Origin: Camelus dromedarius
Taxonomy: Eukaryota
Direction: 5' to 3'
Assembly: GCF_036321535.1 (NCBI RefSeq)
Contig: NC_087437.1
Span: 104,038,001-104,102,000, forward strand
DNA: 64,000 nucleotides
Below, piece by piece: positions 50,530 through 62,331 of the stretch (within the stretch, counting starts at the first letter, position 1; each line of letters starts with the position of its first letter). The translations under genes and the position numbers were made by a program. The notes under the pieces are model-generated. The model made no database searches, was not told the origin of the DNA, and saw only the letters and a list, made by a program, of their open reading frames with translations.

Positions 50530-52138
50530 GTATTACTGGTAAGATCAGGAGGAAGATAAGGATGGCCACTCTCATCACTTCTCAAAGCTGTACTGGAGAT
50601 TCTAGCCATTAAAAAAAAAAAAAAAAAAAGTAGAAGAAAAAAAATAAGGCAACCAAATTGGAAAGGAAGAAGTAAAACTTTCTTTAAACACACAACACAC
50701 ACACTTAAAATGTCAGCATTCTTAAATGGTTTTCAATTTTTTTTTAATTTTATTTACTTAATAATGTGATGTCATTATTTGAATATAAAGGCCAATTTTA
50801 CATGGCATCAATTATCACTTGATAGCTCTAAATCAAATTTAGAAAAAAAATTATAATCAAATATTACCTTTCAATCTGAACTTAATACAGATATTTAGAA
50901 TATGTTTTATATCTAAAATAATTTTTGAGTATCAATCAAGCATGAACTCTGCACTATGTAAGAGATAAGAAACTTGTTCTATGTTATCATATGTTTTAAA
51001 TATTTATCTTGTTAATCTAACTTAAAAAAATATTAATATATAATACATTACAATGAAATACTTCCAAATATCCAGTGACTTGCGTTTTTTCTAGAGCAAA
51101 ACTCTTTATATATAGGTTTTATTATAAAGCAGAGTCAGTTTTAAAGCCTATAAGAGGTTTATATTTAATATAAGGGATAGTATTTTATAGTAATACCTAA
51201 CTTTTACATATATTTTCAAATATTATGACCATAGTGTGTGATTTAAATATCATTCTCGAGGGAAAAAAAAGAAAAATCTTAAGTGAAATCCATCATGTGG
51301 ATAAACAGCTTTCTTTAAAAATGAGTCAAGAAATTAACCAGATATTTATGGTACTGAATGAACCCTGTAGTAAGCAATTGCACAGAATTAAATTGAGAAT
51401 GCAATTACTGTATGGCTGAATGTCATAAAAAAAAGCATTTTTAAAAAGTTGGCATAAGAACAAGATTAAGTTTTCCATACTGATTGCCTTACTATAAAGC
51501 TATTCAGGATGATGGACAGGAATGCACATAAAAGAATTCATAAAAATAAACAAGGACAAAACCAGCAATGATATTTTGACATTAATAAATGTATTGACAT
51601 CTAATTGCTTTGTGTTTGTTCCCATTTCAACTCATTTACAGATACAGCCTCTACTTAAATAGATTCTAAAGGTTAATGGGTCTATTTTCATACTGGCATT
51701 ATCTGGTTCTTGCTGCCTGGTAACACGACACAGTAACGCCAGCTTTTGTTCTAATAATCATCACCTAATTGCATTCATCAATTTCAACATTTCATTCTTC
51801 TTTCCAGATGCATTATTAGTTCTGAGTACCTAAGAATTTTATTTAAGGAGAGTATATCAAAATATAGTAAGCCTCTCTGGTTGACTTAAAAGACTTCTTA
51901 TTTTCTGTATGTCCTATTTTGTTTGTCTGAGGCCAGTAGAAGAAAAAAGAAGTGTAAGATCAGTTAGTAAATCATCCTTCACCTGTCCTAAATTAGCACA
52001 TAAGTCTAATCATCTTCTGACCATTGTATCTCCTTTATTTATTACAAAATTCGCATGGTGAAAATGGTGTTTTACGTATAACACTAATTAAATATGGACA
52101 CTTCAGAATAGTTCTAACTTTATGTACTCAGAGAAGAT

Positions 52139-52602
52139 GTTGTCAGTACCCAGTGCATATACACTTAACCAAATCCTGGGAGTCTCCTGAAAATATTTTC
52201 CACGCATGAATAGACTCATATCTATCTCTCAACCTAAGTGCATCTTTGGCCACAGGCAATTTCTTTGGTCTTTATACTGGGTGGGCTGAATGTACCAGAG
52301 AGGCAATGACCACAGCGTGATCTACATTAATGAGGAGAAATAGCTGGTAAATAAAAACCCCAGCATCCTCCACCCAGGAGCCTCAATTTTAAGGTACACT
52401 CTCTCGGTATTCAGCAAGTTCTCAGCAGACTAAGTCCCAGTACTCCCTTGGGGAGATGTATTCACAAGTGCCTCCTCTGTCAGCTTCCTTCTTCCCCCAT
52501 CTCACTTCTCCGCTTCCCTATCAGATCTATATTTACTAGGAGTTTCTTGCAAATTTGCCATTTGTCTCAGAGTCTGCCTTTGAGGAAATCTAAACTAAGG
52601 CT
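52139..52602 (+). mobile_element. ERVL solo LTR (LTR16-like)
   Basis: aataaaaaccccagcatcctc...gactaagtcccagt...tctcacttctcc...ttgtctcagagtctgcctttgaggaaatctaaactaagg. Confidence 0.75.
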
Positions 52603-52896
52603 GTGCTTTGTAAAACAATATCTGTTCCAGAATGTCATAACTGTTATAAAGACAAGATACAATTATATTTGAATCTGATTTATTATTTTGAAATTCACAG
52701 TACACAGTTTTGAAGCACTTTGTGATCATTCATTTATTCATAGAAATCTGAATGTACTACAGAACACAAAGGAACATATTAAAAACCTAGTTTGTCTAAG
52801 CCTCTCTCCCTGTCAAACCCCAGGCAAGCTTCTCTGAGCCCTATTCTCTGTTCGGTATCAACCTTGGCCCATAAAAACTGCAGACGTTCTCCCTTA

Positions 52897-52994
52897 GGGC
52901 TCCACCCTCATCACCTAATTGCCTTCCAAAGACTCCATATGTAAATACCATCACATATGAATTTTAGAGGGTCACAAGCCTTCAGTCCATACCA
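52897..52994 (-). mobile_element. MLT1A-like LTR 5' fragment
   Basis: gggctccaccctcatcacctaattgccttccaaag...aataccatcacatatgaatttt...ttcagtccatacca. Confidence 0.8.
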
Positions 52995-55900
52995 TGTACA
53001 GTAGCACATCGCTGACCTGAGTTGTAGTGTGAGAACAGATGGCTAAGAACAAAATATATCTTTGATTATACATGCTTGCACTTGTAGGGAGAATTTTTAT
53101 GTCAAGTAAAAGTGTTAAATGTGTGATGGAGCCTTGATATTCACCATAGTGTACAATAAAGATGAAACCAGTTTGTGAAAAATTGAAGCACTTCAGTACT
53201 GTTGGCAAATAATTGCTTCATCCATCTTCCCTCAGATCCTCTGCTAACCCAGCTGCTAAGCCCCCCTTGCAGGACCTCCCAAATTTCAGTTACTAAAAGA
53301 GTTAAAAACCTTGCGTAACAGTGATTCCAGAGGCTACTTTAGCTTCATACCTGGGATCATGCATCTTTTCAGACCACAGTGACCGTGCTATACTTATTGT
53401 TAAGTAATCTTCTATTGCTCCTGAAATAAATTATTTTATTTCCTGACTCCTGGAATAACTGTCCACTGAAGAAGTCTTTATTTAAGTAATTCTTGTAGTA
53501 AACAGAGATTTCCTGATAACCCTTTTCACAAAAATAGAACGTTCCTCTAGGTTTCACTAGTTAACATGTTTCCTAAATCCTTCGTTGAGTTGTTAATGGA
53601 ATCCAACCCAACATAAAAAACCAACATATTGTGCAGTTTGATTTCTCAGTAAGAAAACTGTAACTAACACAAGACCCCATGTTAATCCTGTAGGGTCAAT
53701 TTTTAATTTGATTAATAGGATAAGAAATAGGAAAGCAGCTTAAGATCAGATTTGGAGATCTGATCTTTTATTTCCATTTCTCCTCTCTCTTATCTACTTC
53801 TCAAGTTTTCTAAACCTCCTATCCTTATATTATATTATATTTGAAAGGACATCAGTTTCAGATAATTTTCATTTTTCATTTTGACCTTCTTAATATCATT
53901 AATGAGTTGGCTGGTAGCAACTTAATACTACAGGTTTCCAAGTAATATTTGCATTTGAATAGTGAGTTTTGGCGATGAGAAATCCTGTGAGCCAACATAA
54001 AGCATTGAATATGGAATTCCATTGATTGAGACAATGCGAAAGATGCTTAAAAACGAATTCTTCAATCCTTATACCTAGACACAGAAAAAGAATTCCACAT
54101 AGTTCAGCACACAGGAAGAGCACTAAAAATGTCTTATAGAAGACAGTGCCTCACCTGCGAGGTTTATAACATCTGATGAATGAACAGGGACCTATAACAC
54201 AGGGAACCAAATGCATTCAAGCTTCATGAAGCTTATGTACAAATCTGATTAGCCAATGGTACTTAAAATGCTATATTTATTTTGTAAATATCTCCTATTT
54301 TGTATGTGATTTTTCTGTTCTTGTCTTTACAATTTTTAATTATCACTGAAGTTTTATTTGGTGTTTGGTTTCCCAGATGACTAGGCAGCAATTTCCTTTT
54401 GCTATTATTAGATATTTAATAAATCAATACTTTGCATGAGAAGAAATGACTCAAAAAGATATTTAGAAGCCACCATAAGTTACTTCAACGTTTTTGATGT
54501 TTTCATTTCAGTGAAATCTAATTCTGACCTTCAAATTATAAAGAAAATTCCCTTGAAGTTCTTAAAATTTGAAATTAAACTCATAAAACTCAGCATATTT
54601 AGACATTTGTTGAGTTCTTTAAACTTAGTGTCCTTTCGAAGTGTAAAGTCAGCACAGTGTTTGAAGATTCAGACATTTTTGTAGTCATTTCAAACATATT
54701 GTCAGCCATATAAAAGGTTATGCTTTGCCCTCGGTCCATGCACATAGAATTCTGATTGATGTCAATGGGAACCAAGTGAGAAGTTTGTGGGCACTGAAGT
54801 TTGAAACTTTATGGGTTTTTCAGAATATCTTTGAAGTCTAGTTTCTGTGGGAAAATATACAGTTTAAAGAGTAGCTCTTCGGGGCTTATCTTTATCCACT
54901 GAGAACATGTTTGGATTGCCTGCTTTAAATGCAGTTAGGCTGGAACTCCATAAATGTAATATGCTTATGGAGTGGCTGATTACAGCGTTTATTTCCATTG
55001 AGTTCAGTTTCTAGACTTGGAGACCACAGTGGCAAGCTTTACTCTGGTAACCTGACTTTTCATATGTTGACTGTGGATTTGTTTCTGCTGCAATGGTGAA
55101 AGTTATACTCTGTTGTTCATGGTAATGCTAAAATTCAATTTATTCTCATCATTAATTTTATTTATAAACAACTTCAACAAAATGACTGGAATAACCTTTT
55201 ACAAATCCATTAGAGACTTTGATATTTACAGTATGGCTAAGGGCAGATATTACTTTCTAGGAACTCTCCGTTATTAATTGGAGTTTATTTTTTACAAATA
55301 TGGTCAAAAGAAAATTACTTAAGGCTGAGTTAAAGAAGAATCATTTAAACCCATTTTCCAAAAAAATCCAAATACTTTGTTGGGGTACAGAATCTGGAGT
55401 AAAATTGCATATTATTTAGAAATAATCACAATTTTATTAGAAAGAAATTGTTAATGTTATAAAAATTATCTAATATATTTTCCCATTTCAACATACAACT
55501 GTCATTTTCCAAAATCAAATGCCCTAATTTGTGTTTCTTAGGTAACTATGGTTTTCATTCTATAATTTGTGCTTAAAATTCCTGAATCTGTGAATTGTGA
55601 AGAGCAATCTTTGTCATTTTGGTACTTGAGATTTACTTGCACAGTATGGGCTCAATATTCTTGACAGCTCATCTAATAAGAGCCTGATAGTCCATCTTGC
55701 TGTAACTGAAGGAAAGAGCTGAAGCCTTACTCAAGAATTGTGATTTTTTTTTTAAAGAAAAAGAAAGCAGAACAATTCTTCAACTAGGAGACAAAACTTC
55801 ATTGTGGTGGGGATTTTAGGCTGCCTAGAATTCAGAATTAAAACCATTAAGTACCAGAGAATAGGAAAAAAAGTTGAACAAGGAAATAAGAAGACATTTT

Positions 55901-56918
55901 AGGTGCCATAGAACACCAGATTTTCTGCTATCTTATGCTTCCAATTGGTTATTGACAACTGAGAACACAGCTAGTACATATGACTGCATATCTCAGTTTT
56001 TCCTTCAATTCTGTGTGTGTATTGCAAACTCTCTAGGAAGCCATATTATCTGCTGTAGATTTGCAGACAAGTTTCTCTCCCATGCTCCAGTCGCCCTCAA
56101 AGGACGCAGCTCTGGAGTTCCTAATCAATTTTCTTAACTCATTGAGGAAACTCTGAATGATACCAGCTCCTAAGACCATAAGAATCTATTCTATCACTGT
56201 TGCTACTCATATAGGCACTCTCCTTTTCCATCTCTTTGTGTAAGACACCAGTTAAAACATCTTCAAATTTACATATATTTTTTATTTAATTGAATTAACA
56301 TTAATCATGTAGAGCCACTGACTTCAAACTCTCTTTTGCTTTCTGTTGCATAAACACTTCTTGAATCAAAGAAATACAACATCCTGGCTATATTCTTACA
56401 GTTGAAGGATCATTGGAGAAATCATAGAGAGGATAACAACAAAAAAAATCTATTTCAAATCACCCATCCATATACAAGACAAGTAATTGATCAAACTCGG
56501 CATAGGGGGAAGACTAAACTCCCAAATTACTGAGCCAATTTCCAGTCCCATGTTGTGGTAACCAGAATTAGGCTGAGAAGAGAAAAATAAATATGAGGAT
56601 GAAATTTAAAAAGGAATACACAAGGAAATTAGGTACCAAACGCAAAAGTAATGAGCAACTGTTGTGATTTGCTACTATTATCTCAAAGTGTTTTTAATTT
56701 CCTAAACATATATTCAGTAACAATCCCCACCAACCCCTACACCAGTCCATTTTGTTCCATTTCTATAAAACAAAACCACACACACTTGAGACCATCTCAA
56801 CAAATGCAGTCTGGCTTGTATTGTCACATAGAGTAAGAGTAACATCAATTGTAAAAAAATCTGGACCAACAGTATCCAAAGCAAGTAAAGTTAAGGAAGA
56901 TTCAAAATATTACTGTTT

Positions 56919-57455
56919 TATGGAAATAAATAAAGACCAAACAAGTGAGAACAAGCAAAGTTTATTCAGAGTTTGCCCAATAAGAGAGTCAATTATTGTC
57001 ATTTCTGTTCTGCCAGGGACGCAATGGCAGACAGAGGAGTGGTAAAGTTTTATAGGGAAAAAAGGGAAGGTTTCAGGTAGGTCCTGACCCGAGGCCCTGG
57101 CATGGAAGAGGGGTGGGCAAGTTAACTAGAAGAGCCGCATCCTACGTGATTGGTTAGGGTTACGTATTTGGATTTCTCTGCTTAGTCCTTATTTGGAAAC
57201 ACAAACAAAAGGAAGGAAGCTGTCAATTAATTATTCATCAAGTCTTGGCCATTTTGGGTTAATTGTTACAGAGGTTACCTGTACTGGTAAGTAGAGACAG
57301 TAGTCTAGCTTCTTACAAGTCTAACTTACAACCAACTTACTTTCTGGACTGGTTACTGTAAATAATTGATCGGTTTCTTTGGTTTGTTGCTACAGGTCAA
57401 ATTTCTGATTTCGTATATGGCCTGGCCATTGTCTGTCTGTTTATTGAGTATCTCA
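56919..57455 (-). mobile_element. ERV1 solo LTR (MER87-like)
   Basis: The minus strand starts tgagatactcaataaacagacagacaatggccagg, then has a CCAAT box, TATAAA and AATAAA in the expected order, and ends tttatttccata. Confidence 0.8.
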
Positions 57456-57699
57456 GATATTTGACATTAATGCTTCAGTCCTCTGCTTTTCTGATCCTAT
57501 AACATTTGCAAGAAAATATTGTCTTTTGGGGGGAAAAAAAAAGGAAAGGCTTGTATGGCCAGTCATTCTTGCAGGTTTTTCATTGGCTAAATAAGGGTGA
57601 TCACGAGCTACTTTACAATGTCTTTGTAAAAGGTAATTTAATTAATATATCTAAGCATTCAGAATAATGTATGGCACACTAGAAGTGATCTTATTATTT

Positions 57700-57875
57700 A
57701 GAAAGAGACAGTTTATAGCTGAGAGAAATGGACCATAGAAAATGAGTTATTTTTGCTATAGTGCCATTGCTAACAATAATTTATCCCCTGGAAAAAATCA
57801 TATAAAACTCTCAGTATTGGTTTCATCAAACATAAAATAACTCTAAGGCTTCTCATAACCCTAACACTTCAAAGT
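57700..57875 (+). mobile_element. MIR/MIR3 remnant
   Basis: aactctcagtattggtttcatcaaacataaaata...ctctaaggcttc; degenerate MIR core. Confidence 0.5.
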
Positions 57876-60800
57876 TCTGTGCTTTTTTGTGTGTATGTCT
57901 TACTTTGCTATCAGAATTCTAGAACCAAAAACAAACAAAAAAAAAGAATTGACTCTTAATCATTGATAAAGAGATAGATGTAGCTATAGATAGAGAAATA
58001 TAAATCTTTTGAAGATCAAGCATGAACAATTTCTAGGCAGAGCAGAACCAGTCTGAGACATATTTACAAGTGAGCATTTGCTGTTTTATCTGGTTTCATT
58101 TGCCCCAGCAACAATGACAGAGAGGCCAACCACTTTGATCTTATCTGAGATTCAAACTTAAAAATAAATTTGGTAGCTGAAATTCTCTTCAAGTTTTTTT
58201 GTCGATCTCGGCTTTAGTTCTTTTTCTCAGTTTAGTCATAAGATCAAAAAGGAAATGAAGTGGTAACTCTAAAGAAATTTGCTTATAAATGCAGCACTGA
58301 CAGGACCCAAGGAGGTTACTGAGGAAATTTCAGATTTACAAGAGAGACTCTAAATCCTTGAAATAAAAGGGATGAATAGAATTGTATCTACCATAGTTCC
58401 ACATTACATAGAGAATGGTTGCTTCACATGGTAAATCAAAATAAATAAACACAAAAGTAGACCCAATCTGTCTGATAATCTGCCTTCACATGATGGGGGA
58501 AATTAGTGTATCTCTCTAAAATGCCCCCACTTCTATTTATATGATCATTTTCCACTATTGGATTGTGAAACAGACCTAAAACAACCAGGCTTTAATAGGA
58601 CAGTGGAAGATTTTTTAAGTATAGAAAATGATTTTAATTTCCAAATATTAATAATCACTTTGACACTTTTAACATTTATTCCGTAAGGGAAAACTAAGGA
58701 ATTAGTACTCACTATAGTGGAGAAGATTACAACAGAGCTTAGAAAACAGTATAAATCTTTCTGCTTTGTACTATTCAGGAATTTGGAGAGGAAGTACACT
58801 TCGGCCACCCTTTGTTCTCAAACACACTATAATGGCAGCCATTCTCAGAAACATTTAAGGATAGTTTCATTGTATTTTAATTGGTTCATTTACAAAAACA
58901 TTTATTCCTCAAATATTTTATGCCAATCATAGTGCATAGTCATTTCCATATGTTTATTTATTTTACTAATATAATTATTGGCATGCCATTTGCAAAATTT
59001 CTTACATTGTTATTGTTCTTTTCTGATTTTATAGTTTTCAGGCCATTAGACTTCTTGAAAAATGCAACATAATGAAAATTTGATTTTTGGCAATTTTGTT
59101 TTGCAAGAAAATATGTGCTTTCTGCTAAAATATGAGGAGTGAAACTCTTTTTGATTTTATTTTGATTTCTTTTTAATTTGCACATACCCTTGGTTTATGA
59201 TGAGTGGACCAAGTTATATACATTATTCTACAAGCCTTAACTGAAAGTGAAATTAAATATAAACTTAGTCATCATAAATATATTTCATCTGTTCATAAAG
59301 AGATTTATCTTAAAAAGAGAATCACATTTTTTTTTTTTTTTTTGACCCTGGGTACTGTACTTCATCTACTTTTGCATTACTTTTCAGAGGCATGTAGGTT
59401 TTAAACAGTCTCCATATTTTCTAGGGCAAGAAGAATGCAACTTGACATCACAGCAGCCCACTTTTTTCTTTTTTGAGTAATGTTTTCTCTTTTTTATTCA
59501 ATCTTTTATCCATTTCTTCTTTTGGTACTTCCTGCCCTAACTCTGTTAAATTTCTTATGAATTTCCAAATCTAATACTTAGTAAAATTTTATAAAATACA
59601 ATAAAATCAAATATTAAATTCTTATAAATATTATAGTTGGGTATAATTTAGAAAAATAAAACTTACGAAACGTCTTTAATAACAACTTCCAAATTTTTAA
59701 CTAAACATCAAAAGTTTCTCTTTCATTCATGCAAAGAGATCCAGTTGTTCTGGGGACATCATTTAATGTTTGCTCTATTTCTTGGGCTGACTTTTGCTTT
59801 ACAGATAACCTTATTTGTATTCTTACTTAAGGAAGTGAAAGCTTGGCTTAAGATTTCTCTGGGTAAATCAATGCACCCAACCATATGTATGTGTATATAT
59901 ATATATACAGGTATACATAATCTCCAGTTATTCATTAGCCTATATATCTGTATTCCTATAGCTCATTTAAATTGTTAATAGATATTTGTATTATCCCCTG
60001 TATCTTATATACCATTCGCATGCTTTTATACACTGCCTTTAATTGACATGGCAGAGTGCAAGGATGTCTCTTCAACTTCTCTGAGTAAGTTTCAATATTC
60101 AGTCAATCAGCATTTTGGACTAAGCACTTGTAGTTTTGATTAAACATATCAATTCATCCATACTCACTTTTATTTTATAGCATTATTAATTAAAAAAAAA
60201 ATTAAACTGGTTCTTATACTTGACAGTACCCCAGCAGAAGCCAAAGGTAGCACACATTGAAAAAATAGGGATGGTTACAGCTTGGTTAAACATTTATTTG
60301 CAACATTTGAACTTACGTTTTAAACTTTCAGTCACAATGGGGAGCCTGATGACCTTTTAAGCTTTTCAAGATCATCTAAGAAACAGTGATTTCAAATGAG
60401 TTTCATCTGTGATCGGGCCCAGCACAATATGGGCAATTTAAAAATTACATCCTAAGATAAATCTCCCAGGAATTTCCTCTATTATATTCGCTGACATTTC
60501 CACAGTGCACAGATGCATTTATAAGAGAACTTTGTACGATAAAATGAATTAGATTAATGGACGAGAAGAAGAGTCTTAATTCCATACAGGCATATTTTGT
60601 TGGATCTATTTCTGTGCAAGTTCTTTTTGACAGAAGAAATTCTTCTTTAAATGCCATGCAAAAAAGTATAAAACAGACTTATCTTAATTCTTGTTATGCT
60701 CATAGGAATGCTTTATTCATCTGATCTTTAAAAACATTTAATGATCAGTTGTAGTATATTAAATGTTATTTGTGTGATATCAAATTTAAGATGGATATTA

Positions 60801-61579
60801 GGAAAACATACCAAACCGAAATCTATCTTATTTGTTTTATACACTACACTGAAGATGTTTTTCTTTTACTAATACTTTTGTCCAAAGCAATAATTTTTAG
60901 AGACAGGATATGTAATATTTAAGAAACAGTTTTTACAGATTCAGAAACTTCTAGATGGGGGAAAAATGAAAATCCCTTATGTAACACGCCTGTGTTACAC
61001 AGCTAGTTATGGCAAGATTAATAATAAATTGTATTTAAATTTTTAGGGGGAGGCAGTTCTACATTTAAATGTAATATACAAATAATGTACAAATGTACAT
61101 TTCTACATGTAAATTTTCTACATTTACCCTCTTCACATCAGATAATCTCCTTTCTATTTTGGCCTTATAAACACTCATAATGTATGAAAGCCTTTTTATT
61201 TCTGTCCAATATTTCTACAAAAATCTCTGAATATTAAATACATAGTCTGATATTAAAATATGGTAAATGTACACAGAAAGTCTTAGATACATTATCAGAC
61301 AATAGTTTTAAGTAATTCACAAAGAAATACGATCATATATGCAAAAAATCAAATAGAACATTTGAAAAATAAGTATTGGCTTTTACTCAATTGTACGTAC
61401 CCTGAAAGTTACCCACACAATTCTAGATTAGAGGATCAATAAAGGGAAAAATTGGGGGATGAGGTTTTTTGTTTCCTTTATTATGTATTAACACTTCAGC
61501 TGCAGTACCTACCAAAGTATCCCTAAAAAAATCTTGTCTTTCAAGTCAAGATTTCTGGTTCTATTAAGTAGTTAGGTAA

Positions 61580-62331
61580 TTTACGGCAGCGGGCAGAGAT
61601 ACGTGGAGGAGAAGGAGGATGATCCGGAAGATGGCATTATGCCCACCCCCAGCATAAAGGGGCTTTACTTCCTCTAAATGAGTGCCAGCAAGAAACTGTT
61701 TAGAATCCAACAGCCGCAACTGCTCAGTAGCGAGAAGGACTTAACTGGACATGACCCAGTGCTCACTGTAATATAATTAGCATTGTGGTTTAGCACCTCA
61801 CCCCTTGGGTTTCTCTGTGTGCGTCATGGGTAAGGACATGTACAAAGAGGACAAACATGACTAGGCATTCCTGGACAAGAGCCATCAATCAATCAAAAGA
61901 CCACCTCTAAGTGAGGGTATGAGAGAAAGGGCAGACAAAGACTGCTGCTTTTTACCCTTGGATCAGGCCACCTCCTGTTCTTAGAGGTGTACGTTCCCTT
62001 TGCTAATAAATCCTTTAAAATCTTTCGCTACACAAGGCTCTCCATCTTCCATCTGAATTCTTTTTTTTTTAACATTTTTTTTATTGAGTTACAGTCATTT
62101 TACAATGTTGTGTCAAATTCCAGTGTAGATCACAATTTTTCACTTATACATGAACATACATACATTCATTGTCACATTTTTTTTTTCGCTCTGAGCTACC
62201 ACAAGATCTTGTATATATTTCCCTGTGCTGTACAGTATAATCTTGTTTATCTATTCTGTATTCCATCTGAATTTTTATCTTTCAGATATGATGAGAACTG
62301 GGGTCTTTTCCCTTCTCCTTCTGGAGTAACA
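61580..62331 (+). mobile_element. ERV solo LTR (ERV1-like), interrupted near its 3' end by a short L1
   Basis: GC-richer block beginning ttacgg and ending gtaaca, with AATAAA near 62005 preceded by gtgtacgttccctttgct. Confidence 0.75.
62060..62260 (-). mobile_element. Severely 5'-truncated young L1 (3' UTR tail only) with a 13-bp TSD
   Basis: ttccatctgaatt at 62047-62059 and 62261-62273, a poly(T) tail on the left, and close reverse-complement similarity to 31135-31310. Confidence 0.95.

Larger units (their letters stand above)
46200..50690 (+). mobile_element. Old L1 (probable ORF1 remnant, ORF2 EN-RT remnant) hosting several nested insertions
   Basis: ORF 47713-47919 contains YRTFTKTDHILSHNTSL...HGIKLKI (the endonuclease SKIDH motif). 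ORF2 DNA is collinear across the inserts up to aaattggaaaggaagaagtaaaact. Confidence 0.85.

Noticed and set aside
60980..60999. 8-bp inverted repeat tgtaacac-gcct-gtgttaca as a terminator or operator
   Set aside because: It is short enough to arise by chance in 64 kb, and the context is eukaryotic.
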